From IMG/VR virus record IMGVR_UViG_3300035183_000056, positions 1-61,812 of that record: 61,812 bases of DNA. One strand, 5' to 3'. The DNA is from a virus (Duplodnaviria; Caudoviricetes). This document shows positions 30,347 to 39,376 of the stretch, piece after piece. Position 1 is the stretch's first letter; each line of letters begins with the position of its first letter. The notes below the pieces were generated by a model, which did no database searches, was not told the origin of the DNA, and saw nothing but the letters and a program-made list of their open reading frames with translations. The position numbers were made by a program, and so were the translations under genes.

Positions 30347-30862
30347 TTAGTTAAGATTGTCTATGGACAGAGATCCTAAGGTTACTACCAAGTCTTGTTG
30401 TGCTAAAGAATCACCAAACTCCGTTACCCAAGTCTTAAACCCCTTAGGGTGCTGAAAGCCCTTTACTACAGTCATATGGGGGTTATACTTAGAATACGAC
30501 GGGATAGCACCAGCAGCTTTAAATTTCTCGTGTAAGGCTTGTAACTCCGGACTACGGACTTTAACGACAAGGTAACCCCGTTTATCATGACCACCCCAAT
30601 AATCAAGACCTTCGACTTCGCCCTTGTAAACTTTAGACTTCTCTTGCACCAAGATACGATGGATTAGCCCGACCTTAACAGGGGTTTGGGAGTACATTAC
30701 AGTGACATGAGGGTCTGTCTCAAGTTCATCCATCCCGCCAGGGTTACCAGGAGAACCGTCCCTACGTAAAGCCTGCTTTAACAACCTAAATCCGTAGTTG
30801 GAGGTTATGACAGGTTTTACACAAGCGTATAAGCCATCGAGGCCAGTGTAGCTGTTCATCAT
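30347..30862 (-). CDS. acb1: 2H phosphoesterase, Acb1 (T4 gp57B)-like anti-CBASS nuclease
   Basis: GLYA, HVTVMYS, LDYW, LVVKVRSPELQALH..GA...Y.PHMTV (two HxT motifs) follow the gp57B layout; start ATG 30862. Confidence 0.75.
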   Translation of the reverse strand: MMNSYTGLDGLYACVKPVITSNYGFRLLKQALRRDGSPGNPGGMDELETDPHVTVMYSQTPVKVGLIHRILVQEKSKVYKGEVEGLDYWGGHDKRGYLVVKVRSPELQALHEKFKAAGAIPSYSKYNPHMTVVKGFQHPKGFKTWVTEFGDSLAQQDLVVTLGSLSIDNLN

Positions 30863-30863
30863 A

Positions 30864-31691
30864 TTAGGTAGTCCTTCCAGACATAAAGTCAAAAGTGTTA
30901 ATGACATGCGGTCCAACTGCGATGCTAAAGGCCGGGTTATGGACTTGGCTGCACTCAAACCCGGTAATATCAATACACTGGCGATAGACCAAACGCCCCG
31001 AACCGTCTCTGTAAGTAGGACGTCTTGGCTTAGTGTGGTCACAGAAGTAGTCTACGCCTCCCTTACCAACGTGTAGGCCGCAAATAGAGCATTTGTAGGC
31101 CTTGAAATAGAAGCCGACTGAATAGGCATTCTTTTCACCCGTCAGGATGCTATTGACCAACAGCGGGTCTTTAGATCGGTCATAGCCTAACAACAACACC
31201 AATTTGTAGTATTTGCCCCCACCAAACCGTCGTAACGGTCGTAAAAATACATCCAAGATAACACCACGTGCTTTCGTTATGTCTTGGTTATCATGCTCCA
31301 CATACGTTGGCTTGCCCCGGAAGGTCTTGAATGCTTGCATGCCCAACGTTGGTTTAAACTCCAAGAACTCTCCCATAGTAACGCTGTCACCATTAGTATT
31401 CGGTATTTCCGAAAACATTGACGGAACGGGCACCAGTACATAATCCTGGAGGTTAGGGCTCAACCTGTAGTGCTTAGAAGCAAAGGGTAACCACAAGTTG
31501 GCTTCTAGGTCTCGGGCCCCACCTAAAGAGGCAGATACTTCACCTGGGTCCTTCTTGTAAAGTTCGATAGGCGCTAGACTGGAGCCAAAGCTTTGACTAG
31601 AGTACCCAAGATCAAGGTCGAGGTCCACATCACCGTCAGACTCTGAGGTGGATGAAAGAGAGGTGAGACTGGGGAGAGAATTACGGCGCAT
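30864..31691 (-). CDS. prohead maturation protease
   Basis: PNTNGD, GKPTYVEH (His), AYSVG (Ser), CSICG..CDH and ECS.V.NPA motifs. Confidence 0.8.
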   Translation of the reverse strand: MRRNSLPSLTSLSSTSESDGDVDLDLDLGYSSQSFGSSLAPIELYKKDPGEVSASLGGARDLEANLWLPFASKHYRLSPNLQDYVLVPVPSMFSEIPNTNGDSVTMGEFLEFKPTLGMQAFKTFRGKPTYVEHDNQDITKARGVILDVFLRPLRRFGGGKYYKLVLLLGYDRSKDPLLVNSILTGEKNAYSVGFYFKAYKCSICGLHVGKGGVDYFCDHTKPRRPTYRDGSGRLVYRQCIDITGFECSQVHNPAFSIAVGPHVINTFDFMSGRTT

Positions 31692-31769
31692 GTTGGCTAT
31701 CTCCTATGTGATTGGTCATACACTAGACCAAAATTAGAAAACATCAGGCAAGCCTAAACTGTTAAACAG

Positions 31770-32807
31770 GTGTATAAGCCCGCAGTTTCAAGCGATTTAT
31801 ATTCCCTAACTCATATAGTTGTAAGGACTCCAAATGAAGAAGACCACTCGTATCCAGACCATCTCTCTCTGTCCCTGGCCGAACTTTCGATTATGAAGGT
31901 CTTGCTACAGCAGATGATGGGTCAAAACGGCCTCCTACCTCAGGCATTGGAATCCCGGTTTGCTAAGTTTATCCTACAGATAAACGGCCCGTTGGATGCT
32001 TTTGAATCGAAAAGAAGAAGCTTAGTCAAACAATATGGTAAAGTAGTTGGTGGGGAGATCAAAGTAGAACCCCAACATCATGACCACGTGGTGAATGTAT
32101 TGACTACTGGTCTTAGCCAGGAGGTCAGAGTAACGTTCATACCTACACACGTAAATGAAGTCCCTCAGAGAGTCCGGGTATCTGCTTTGGACTGGACGGT
32201 CCTAAAACCGCTGTTCATTGGCCCTGCACCTATGTTTAGTCCAGCCCAAGTATCGTTGAACCGGCTGTACAGAACACAAAGTCTCATCCTCGGACTGGCT
32301 AAGGTCAAGTTGCCTGCTGAACACGCAGCTATCTTGGAGCCAACTATAGACTCCATATCCAAGGTATTGACCACAGCACGGGACTTGGTGAGATCCAATG
32401 TAACGGAAATAGCTGAACAGCACGGTCAGGTTCCTCCTGATGAGGGAACTCTAGTAAGTGAAGACGATGACGCGGCTGCTGATCCTGCAGAAGATACGCG
32501 GCCCCTTAAGAAGGTCATAGTATTGAACATTGACCAAGTATCTAAGGAGCTCTATGCGCGCCTAGCTGCCGCTGGTGTCCCAGTGGTGCTGCAAGAGCCA
32601 CATACGGCTGAGAGAGCTGAGGACTCGGAGCCCAACAACCCAGAAGTGTTGGCCATGGTCACGGAAACGGTAGATAAAGTGTATGGGGCTGACGTGACCA
32701 TTGCAACTTGCCCAAGCTTGTTGGGCTTACTTACCGAGTGCAACGTGTCTCTGACTGACCAGCAAAAGCAGGACCTTTCTTACCTCTTTGACCTAACCAA
32801 CCAGTAA
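31770..32807 (+). CDS. hypothetical protein (only long plus-strand gene)
   Basis: 345-aa ORF with no competing long minus-strand ORF; start uncertain. Confidence 0.75.
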   Translation: MYKPAVSSDLYSLTHIVVRTPNEEDHSYPDHLSLSLAELSIMKVLLQQMMGQNGLLPQALESRFAKFILQINGPLDAFESKRRSLVKQYGKVVGGEIKVEPQHHDHVVNVLTTGLSQEVRVTFIPTHVNEVPQRVRVSALDWTVLKPLFIGPAPMFSPAQVSLNRLYRTQSLILGLAKVKLPAEHAAILEPTIDSISKVLTTARDLVRSNVTEIAEQHGQVPPDEGTLVSEDDDAAADPAEDTRPLKKVIVLNIDQVSKELYARLAAAGVPVVLQEPHTAERAEDSEPNNPEVLAMVTETVDKVYGADVTIATCPSLLGLLTECNVSLTDQQKQDLSYLFDLTNQ

Positions 32808-32834
32808 GGACAGCGGGCGGGCCAACCCAAAGGC

Positions 32835-32861
32835 AAAAAGGGGCGCTTTTTACAGCGCCCC
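32835..32861 (-). terminator. intrinsic terminator between convergent genes
   Basis: GGGGCGCT/AGCGCCCC stem plus T5 on the minus strand. Confidence 0.7.
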
Positions 32862-32891
32862 AAGTCCCGTTCTCTCACATCAAACTCAGTT

Positions 32892-34529
32892 TTATTTAGC
32901 ACCTGGGCTTTTCAAGAAGTTAGGCTTCCGCAAGCCCAGGTCATCAAAGTACTTGATTAGCACGCCAGGGTCTATATAGCTCTTGAGAGCGGTAGACGAG
33001 GTGACTTTATCCCCTGTTCTATGACTCAGAAGCTCACCAATCTTCTCAAACTCCTTCTTCACCCAAGACTCCACGGCGCTCTGCTTCGGCTTTTCCGATT
33101 TCTTAAAGGGCGCTTTCTTCAACAAGTCCATCGCCATGCGCGTAGCAGCAATGTTGCGGAACTTGTGGGGAGACAGGGGGATGTTCTTCTCTAACAAGTA
33201 AGCACGGACAGCAGCAGCCTTAACTGGCTTGCCTTTGTACGTAAATACCATGTCGTCTTTGTTCTTACCTTTCAACAAGGTTGATAGGATGCGGCGAACT
33301 TTCTTAGCCACTGGTGTATTGGTCTTATAAACAGCCGTATTTAGGCCTTTCTTCTTACCCAGATAAGAGATTTCGATTGCAGATGGTGTCAGCTTGATAT
33401 GGCCTACCAACATGGTCGTAACACCGTAGGTGGTCTCACCGGCTGTCGCATTGCCTTCACCACCAATGCGAAGCGACGTAGAATACAGAAGCTCAACGAT
33501 AGCGGCCAACACACCGTTTTTGTCGTCTTTGTCCAAGTCCGTCAGCCAGAGCTTACGGTAACCGTCTTCATTATTGATGAAGTCATGTACCATGCCAAAC
33601 CGTTTGGTCTGATTAGAGCCCAGGAAGTCAACGGTCCGATAGTAGTGACGGAAATCCAGTCCGAGCATTACGTAGGTATTGTCCGTAGCAGGGTCGTACT
33701 TGGGGTTCATCTTCACAGCACCGATAGGTGCTCTATCTAGCAGCTTCCCTTCTTTAGTCCAACCCTGCCCTTTTTCATCCATCTGGCCACCGATGAATCC
33801 TACTGGGAGATTGTTGGTCAACCCAATCTTCTGGAAATGAGATCGTAAGTCCTCAATGGACACTAGGTCTTTACCGGAAGCACGAACGTAACGTTGCACT
33901 TCCTTCTTGGTGGCCGTGTTCAGAACCTTTACCAACTTAGCATACTGGCTATACGTATCCGGATCTTCCTCACGAAGCCTTTGGCTTTCCTTCATGGTCA
34001 AGAAGCAACTGTTGGCCCGTCCAGTAAACTTCTTAACCAAAGGCCCAAGAGCTTTAGCCGCTTTCTTAGCATCAACACCGTCAATAGCCACGGACTCTGG
34101 TTCTTCATCCGTAAACAGCGAGATCAAGCGAGGCATCTTAAGCGCTGCTACTTCCTTGTGAATGTTCTGCCAAGACCTGTCGGAAGCAGTCCGCAGGTTG
34201 GTAATGATGTTCTTGATGAGCTTGAGCTGAGCAAAGGAAATAGATTTGTCACCGTCGAATTCCTTGACTTTGTCCTTCAATAAGGCTGCCAACTCCTGGG
34301 CATGCTCTTCCGTAAATCCTTTCCTTAATAAGAATATATTGAGGTACTTGGTATACTGCTTACGCATACCAAATTCTGTTAAGAACTCCTTCGAGTCTTC
34401 TGCCCAACGTTTGAAGTCCATGATAACTGGCTGGACATCATTGGAGTTCATGTCCAGCAAGATTGCCAACAAAGTAGCAATGAACGCATCGGAACTGGAC
34501 GAATTAACGCTTATTGATATGAGTTTCAT
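32892..34529 (-). CDS. DNA topoisomerase IB with an N-terminal extension
   Basis: LRIGGE, YGVTTM..H, YLGKK, HKFRN, LSH and SYIDP (catalytic Tyr) motifs. Confidence 0.85.
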   Translation of the reverse strand: MKLISISVNSSSSDAFIATLLAILLDMNSNDVQPVIMDFKRWAEDSKEFLTEFGMRKQYTKYLNIFLLRKGFTEEHAQELAALLKDKVKEFDGDKSISFAQLKLIKNIITNLRTASDRSWQNIHKEVAALKMPRLISLFTDEEPESVAIDGVDAKKAAKALGPLVKKFTGRANSCFLTMKESQRLREEDPDTYSQYAKLVKVLNTATKKEVQRYVRASGKDLVSIEDLRSHFQKIGLTNNLPVGFIGGQMDEKGQGWTKEGKLLDRAPIGAVKMNPKYDPATDNTYVMLGLDFRHYYRTVDFLGSNQTKRFGMVHDFINNEDGYRKLWLTDLDKDDKNGVLAAIVELLYSTSLRIGGEGNATAGETTYGVTTMLVGHIKLTPSAIEISYLGKKKGLNTAVYKTNTPVAKKVRRILSTLLKGKNKDDMVFTYKGKPVKAAAVRAYLLEKNIPLSPHKFRNIAATRMAMDLLKKAPFKKSEKPKQSAVESWVKKEFEKIGELLSHRTGDKVTSSTALKSYIDPGVLIKYFDDLGLRKPNFLKSPGAK

Positions 34530-35304
34530 AGGTAACGACCTCTAAAGCTTGGGCTGGAATGTCTCCGGTGTATAAGTACACCGCGTAGTTGGTTGCTTTG
34601 TGATGGTGAGAGATATGGATTTTGAAATGGTCCGGATCTAGGTCCATCTTATTCGTGTCTACCGAAAGCATGGTGTAGTCAGACAGAGCCGCGTGAACAT
34701 ACTTAATCGGCTCTCTACGTTCCAGCCTTAGCTTCACCAAAGACCCTTTTGCTCCCTCTGGGCTCAGTGCTAATCTATATGGTTCATCATAGGGTGCGTT
34801 GGGAAGGCCAGACCGTAGGGCATCCAGCACTTCGTCATTAGGCAACTCCATGTAGAAATGTTCCGGTATGAATTCATCAATTATGAAGAAGGTGGACGGA
34901 TCCCTAGGCATAGGGATAAGCTGGGTGTCATGCCCTTCATCACTAAACCTAGTAGTACCTGGGTGAACATAAGGGGGTAAGGGCGCCCGACACTTGTATA
35001 TGTCCCCCTCATCAATCTTGAATGGGGTGAATAAAGGCATCGTACCTAGATCGTCTTTAAGATCAACGGGTACGGGAATCCACACCCGTTTATCCGCCCA
35101 CCGATAAGCAAAGAACTGATCCGTCAGGTCTGTGCAGGCTATGCCAAGTAAAGGCAAGTGGTCACAGTAGTTGGAAAAGGCTCGCCCTACAGTATGGCCT
35201 TGGAGTTTCAGACGATCAATAAAGAAGAATAGGGCTTCGACCTTGGATGTCGGGAGGGATGAAAACTTCTTACACGTGGTAGCCAAAGCTTTTTGAAGCG
35301 ACAT
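34504..35304 (-). CDS. hypothetical protein, possible degenerate KptA/ADP-ribosyltransferase fold at the C-terminus
   Basis: PEHFY, ALRSGL, MLSVDT and IPAQAL spacing; catalytic H-G-T absent. Confidence 0.35.
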   Translation of the reverse strand: MSLQKALATTCKKFSSLPTSKVEALFFFIDRLKLQGHTVGRAFSNYCDHLPLLGIACTDLTDQFFAYRWADKRVWIPVPVDLKDDLGTMPLFTPFKIDEGDIYKCRAPLPPYVHPGTTRFSDEGHDTQLIPMPRDPSTFFIIDEFIPEHFYMELPNDEVLDALRSGLPNAPYDEPYRLALSPEGAKGSLVKLRLERREPIKYVHAALSDYTMLSVDTNKMDLDPDHFKIHISHHHKATNYAVYLYTGDIPAQALEVVTYETHINKR

Positions 35305-35314
35305 TTGGTGACCC

Positions 35315-35908
35315 TCAATCAGCAACAGCCGGGATGGATGGGTAGACTAACTTCGACTTGAAGTCCCCGTTCCACACGTAGAACCGGTTACTATCACCAC
35401 ATACCTCAATGGCCGCCCCATAACTCGAACAGGCCTCAATGCCTTTGACTAAGTCCTTGCTCATCTTGGGAAGACCTTTCAACTCGATGCGGTCATTACC
35501 GTCCCCGTCCCAGGAGATGCCGAAAACACCGGAGTGACCAACAGCACCATTATACTGGATCATTTGCAACAAGTTGGTCACCCTAGACACGCAATCCGGG
35601 CTACCTGTGATAGTAACGTCTAGGGAAACACTGGACTTCCCAGCCTTCGCAATAAAGGTCGGGCTAGTAGCAGAAGTAGACTCGGCTTTGTGATTTTCCA
35701 TATTCTCAGCTAAGTTGGCTGCCAGCCGGGTCATAGCCTTCTTGAATTTATCAACATTCCCATTAACAAAAGCTTCCGCTATGGTCTGCCCTATGTCACC
35801 AGATAACTGACGCATTAAGGCTGATAGAAACGTGCTCCTAGGGCCCTTCTTGGCCTTACTTTTCGATTTATGCCCGTTACCTTTGGACAGGGATACTTGA
35901 ATCTTCAT
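35315..35908 (-). CDS. leader-family protein (MKIQVSLS), two modules
   Basis: ATG coupled to the lipase stop (TAATG); internal AESTS; second module resembles 36865-37095. Confidence 0.7.
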   Translation of the reverse strand: MKIQVSLSKGNGHKSKSKAKKGPRSTFLSALMRQLSGDIGQTIAEAFVNGNVDKFKKAMTRLAANLAENMENHKAESTSATSPTFIAKAGKSSVSLDVTITGSPDCVSRVTNLLQMIQYNGAVGHSGVFGISWDGDGNDRIELKGLPKMSKDLVKGIEACSSYGAAIEVCGDSNRFYVWNGDFKSKLVYPSIPAVAD

Positions 35909-36753
35909 TACCAACCTCCGTCGCCTAACGCATCTTGAATATTTCGGATATACAGGTCTATACTGTGATCTTTCAAGTCCAAATTACTTACGTTTAGCAT
36001 GATGGATGACAGGTGTAGTTTTTCTGCGTAAGCGCAGGGAAACCAGGCGTATTGGTTGGCGTCAGCCATAAACATAAACTCGGAACACATTTGGCAATAC
36101 ATACCACGAATTAGTGATAGAAAACTCACAGGTGGTAGTTGAGGAACTGGATCCCTCTCATTTACCACACGGATCAAGGGTAAGCACCTAAATGCTTTAG
36201 CGCCATCCCTGTCCGTTAACTTAGGCTGACCAAAAGTGTAAGACACATCTAGTGGATAGCCTTCCATATACAAGTACATAGCCACCAAGCTACTAACCGC
36301 TGCCCCGAGACTATGTCCAGTCACAGTAAGCCCGTAACCATCAAGGAGATTAGGTCTGATTAGGTCCATAGCTTCTTTAGCGGAGGTTAAAAACCCGGCA
36401 TGAACGTCAATACCAAGTCGCCTTGACCGTTTCTTAACGTACTTAATATTGGTCCCCATATTGTTAGAATTGGCAGTCCCTCTACCTATTAAGAACTGCT
36501 CCTTAGTCTCATGGTCTGTTTCCAAAATTAGTCGTACAGAATCCGAGGTGTAAAATATCTGTACAGCCTTAGCTGGTAGTCCAGCACAAGTTTCACTTGG
36601 GTTGGCAGCACCTAAGTGAGTCCGGATAACTTCCTCGTCCTCATAAGCTAGTTGTGACCTACGCGCTTGCTCCAGCATATCCAAAAGGTCGACTTCGCCA
36701 TTTAGAACCTTGCATCCCCTTGTTTTTATGTGAGAAAGAAGTGTCCTGGACAT
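35908..36753 (-). CDS. class 3 lipase (alpha/beta hydrolase)
   Basis: RGT, VHAGF, GHSLG, YTFGQPK, RVVN..D.VP.LP and DHS..Y motifs; full Ser-Asp-His triad. Confidence 0.92.
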   Translation of the reverse strand: MSRTLLSHIKTRGCKVLNGEVDLLDMLEQARRSQLAYEDEEVIRTHLGAANPSETCAGLPAKAVQIFYTSDSVRLILETDHETKEQFLIGRGTANSNNMGTNIKYVKKRSRRLGIDVHAGFLTSAKEAMDLIRPNLLDGYGLTVTGHSLGAAVSSLVAMYLYMEGYPLDVSYTFGQPKLTDRDGAKAFRCLPLIRVVNERDPVPQLPPVSFLSLIRGMYCQMCSEFMFMADANQYAWFPCAYAEKLHLSSIMLNVSNLDLKDHSIDLYIRNIQDALGDGGW

Positions 36754-36809
36754 GGTGTTACTGCTCCTTAAACCATAGTACCTGGAAATTAGAAATATCC
36801 GACAAAATT

Positions 36810-36834
36810 AAAGGGCTGCAATTTGCAGCCCTTT
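36810..36834. terminator. hairpin, probable terminator
   Basis: AAAGGGCTGCAA-t-TTGCAGCCCTTT. Confidence 0.7.
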
Positions 36835-36864
36835 GGTAGTTACAAGTCTTACTGTTGGAGTGGC

Positions 36865-37095
36865 CTAGGTGTCACCGAGGATTACTCTGTCTACCCCACC
36901 TCCGTCAATGTAAAGCTTAAAGGTAGGCCCTCCGCCTACGGTGGCATCAATGCTTATACTTTTTCTGGAATGGGATTCACGCTCTAACATGGTTAGAAAG
37001 TCCAGGAATCTGTCAGCGCAAGCCCCTTTAATCGTAACCTTGGTGGATTTACGCTGATTGGAGTAGTAGTCACTGAGGCTAATTTTGATCTTCAT
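36865..37095 (-). CDS. leader-family small protein (MKIKISLS)
   Basis: 76-aa ORF with a GGAG RBS. Confidence 0.7.
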   Translation of the reverse strand: MKIKISLSDYYSNQRKSTKVTIKGACADRFLDFLTMLERESHSRKSISIDATVGGGPTFKLYIDGGGVDRVILGDT

Positions 37096-37127
37096 AGCAT
37101 AGAGCTCCGTAAGTTAATGGACGGTAA

Positions 37128-38285
37128 TTACCAGACAAGGCTAAGGTCGACGTTACGTAAGTAGGCCACCACTTCCTTAACTATCACGCCAGCTAGTCCG
37201 TCTTTAAACTTGTACAAGACTGCATCTCCTACTTGTACCTGGTTATCTACTAAAGTTTGAACCCCTTGCTTAACCCTCTCTGCTTTCTTCGCCTGTATTT
37301 CATTGGTTTTCTCGTAAAAGTCACCACGGTACTTCTTGTAATCATCATCGGACAGCTTACCAACTACCTCCACCAGACCACGACGCACTGTAATCCACCC
37401 AGTTTTGTTGGTAGTCCTAGCGATTACGTGAATCCTCCAATATTTAGTCCCTTTATGAGAGCCGATAATTACATACTGAAAACCTTTAAAATTGAGGAGC
37501 TCTCCTGGTAGCACCATCATTGGAATCTTTTGTTGAGGGTAAACCTCTGTAGGTGCTTCTTGTGGTATGGTGACTTTGGTAGTTTTGCTGCGTCGAGCAG
37601 CCGGACTGGCCGGCGTTTCATTATCTGAATCCACCGTAATTGGCGGCCTTACACTTAGCTTCTTGGATTGCGGGACTGAAATCTGGATAGTCTCCTTTTC
37701 ATTCTCTAGTGTGAATTGCCTATCTAAGCTAGGCAGCATCTTGGTTTTAGTCACCAAGTAGGTCTTACCTTTTTGAACCACTAAGAACCCAGGCTTGACG
37801 ACCCTAGCTACTTCTTTGGTAGGCGGACCGAACTTAGCTAGGTCGATTTCTGGCCCTTCTGGAGGAGTGGTCGCCGCCTTTTTGCCCTTAGATTTCTCAC
37901 CCGCTGCTGACTTTGCTTTCTCCTTTTCTGCCTTCTCCTTCTCCTTTTCTTTGTCTTTGACGGCCTTTTCTTTCTCCTTTGCCTTGTCTTCCTTAGCTTT
38001 ATCTAAAGCTTTAGTGTACAAAGTCTTAGCTTCAACGTCGTCGTACTCTGATTTCTTACCCTTGACCAAAATAGGCTTGACCCATTTAAGGCCCGCACCT
38101 TTAACGACTGCATCAGACCCATCGTTAAATTCTATAGTTAAGGCACCAGTTCTGGCCTTTTTGACCACTTGTCCAGCCTACCACTCGTTTTTGGCAATGC
38201 GGACTATAACTTTAGAGCCTTTATCCAGTAGATCCGCAGGACTAGCACTTAAAGACATGCCACTTAAAGAAACTTGGACTTTCAT
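37128..38285 (-). pseudogene. leader-family Tudor/SH3-like protein (MKVQVSLS) with an in-frame TAG
   Basis: ATG 38285 with a GAGGA RBS is in frame with ORF 37128-38168; TAG at 38178-38180 (KNEW*AGQV). Confidence 0.7.
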
Positions 38286-38303
38286 AAAGTATCCTCGATT
38301 AGG

Positions 38304-38774
38304 TTATTCGACAACTTCCCTTAGGAAATAACGATAGCCCTTTACTGGTCTACTTACCTTAAAGTCAGCAGCGTATATCAGCCTCGGGCTAGTTAAAAAC
38401 TTAGGGTTAGAATACAATTTAATTCTCTTAGGTTCTGATTCAGGAGCTGCAAACAGGAAACCATGAATGGCTCGACCTTGGGACATCTGGAAGTCCGTGT
38501 AATCCTCCATAATTTTGACTATAGTCCTGAATATTTCGATAGACTTTCCCATATTAAGGATGTTGGAGGCCATACGACCTGTGGTTCGGTCATACCTAGT
38601 AAACGAGATTTCAACTACTTGAAAATCATCATAGCCAGGTAAGGTTATGTTAAGGTGGCCTACGCCGTTTATTAGGACCTCTATAGGGTCACCCGGCCCA
38701 ACTTCCACCCAATACGTTTGGTCGAGACCTAGGCCACCATGTCTGGAATATGGTAAAGAAATATAAACTCTCAT
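38304..38774 (-). CDS. leader-family protein (MRVYISLP)
   Basis: 156-aa ORF; F.F.A.....KRIKLY motif. Confidence 0.7.
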   Translation of the reverse strand: MRVYISLPYSRHGGLGLDQTYWVEVGPGDPIEVLINGVGHLNITLPGYDDFQVVEISFTRYDRTTGRMASNILNMGKSIEIFRTIVKIMEDYTDFQMSQGRAIHGFLFAAPESEPKRIKLYSNPKFLTSPRLIYAADFKVSRPVKGYRYFLREVVE

Positions 38775-38781
38775 ATAAACC

Positions 38782-39306
38782 TCAGGTCCCTAAGTCTATT
38801 ATTTGACTGTATTTGACCCAAACCAAGTTACCTCGGCCCCGCCAGACTCCGATTTCATTATTCTTATGGTCAGTCATACCGACAACGGTTGGTCCAATCA
38901 AGTCCCCGAAGTCTACAACCACTTTATCACCTCGTGAAATGCCCTTCAAGCGATCTTCGCTAATCCTTTGACCTTTCTTTTTGAGTTTAGAGACCTTAAT
39001 AGGCTGAGTCTCCTGCTTTTCAGCAGTCTTAGCTTTAACCTTATCTTCGGCTACCAAAGCTTTGACCTCAGCATCCCCATATGGAGCCTTAGACTTTTTG
39101 AGTTTAGCTTTTAAAGGCTTCACAAACCTGGCTGTCTCTTTGATAGAAAAGTCAACATCTGACCCGTCGTCGAGATCGGCGTAAACTTTGGTTTTGGTTA
39201 TCCTAGTAACAGTACCAGAATACCACTCATCTTTGGCGGCCTTAACTAGCACTCTTTGACCTACAGTATACTTCCTGTATACTGATAGAGATATAAATAG
39301 CTTCAT
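38782..39306 (-). CDS. leader-family Tudor/SH3-like protein (MKLFISLS)
   Basis: ATG 39306 with a GAGG RBS; VGQRVLV....EWY.GTV and GDKVVV beta-barrel motifs. Confidence 0.75.
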   Translation of the reverse strand: MKLFISLSVYRKYTVGQRVLVKAAKDEWYSGTVTRITKTKVYADLDDGSDVDFSIKETARFVKPLKAKLKKSKAPYGDAEVKALVAEDKVKAKTAEKQETQPIKVSKLKKKGQRISEDRLKGISRGDKVVVDFGDLIGPTVVGMTDHKNNEIGVWRGRGNLVWVKYSQIIDLGT

Positions 39307-39376
39307 GTTAACCTCTACAAGGCGAGACCTTTTATTAAGGTCTCGCATAAAGTTTCAATACCATTCCAGACCTTTA

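Noticed and set aside
30863-31042. N-terminal extension of the 2H phosphoesterase
   Set aside because: It overlaps the protease gene; similarity to Acb1 starts at ATG 30862
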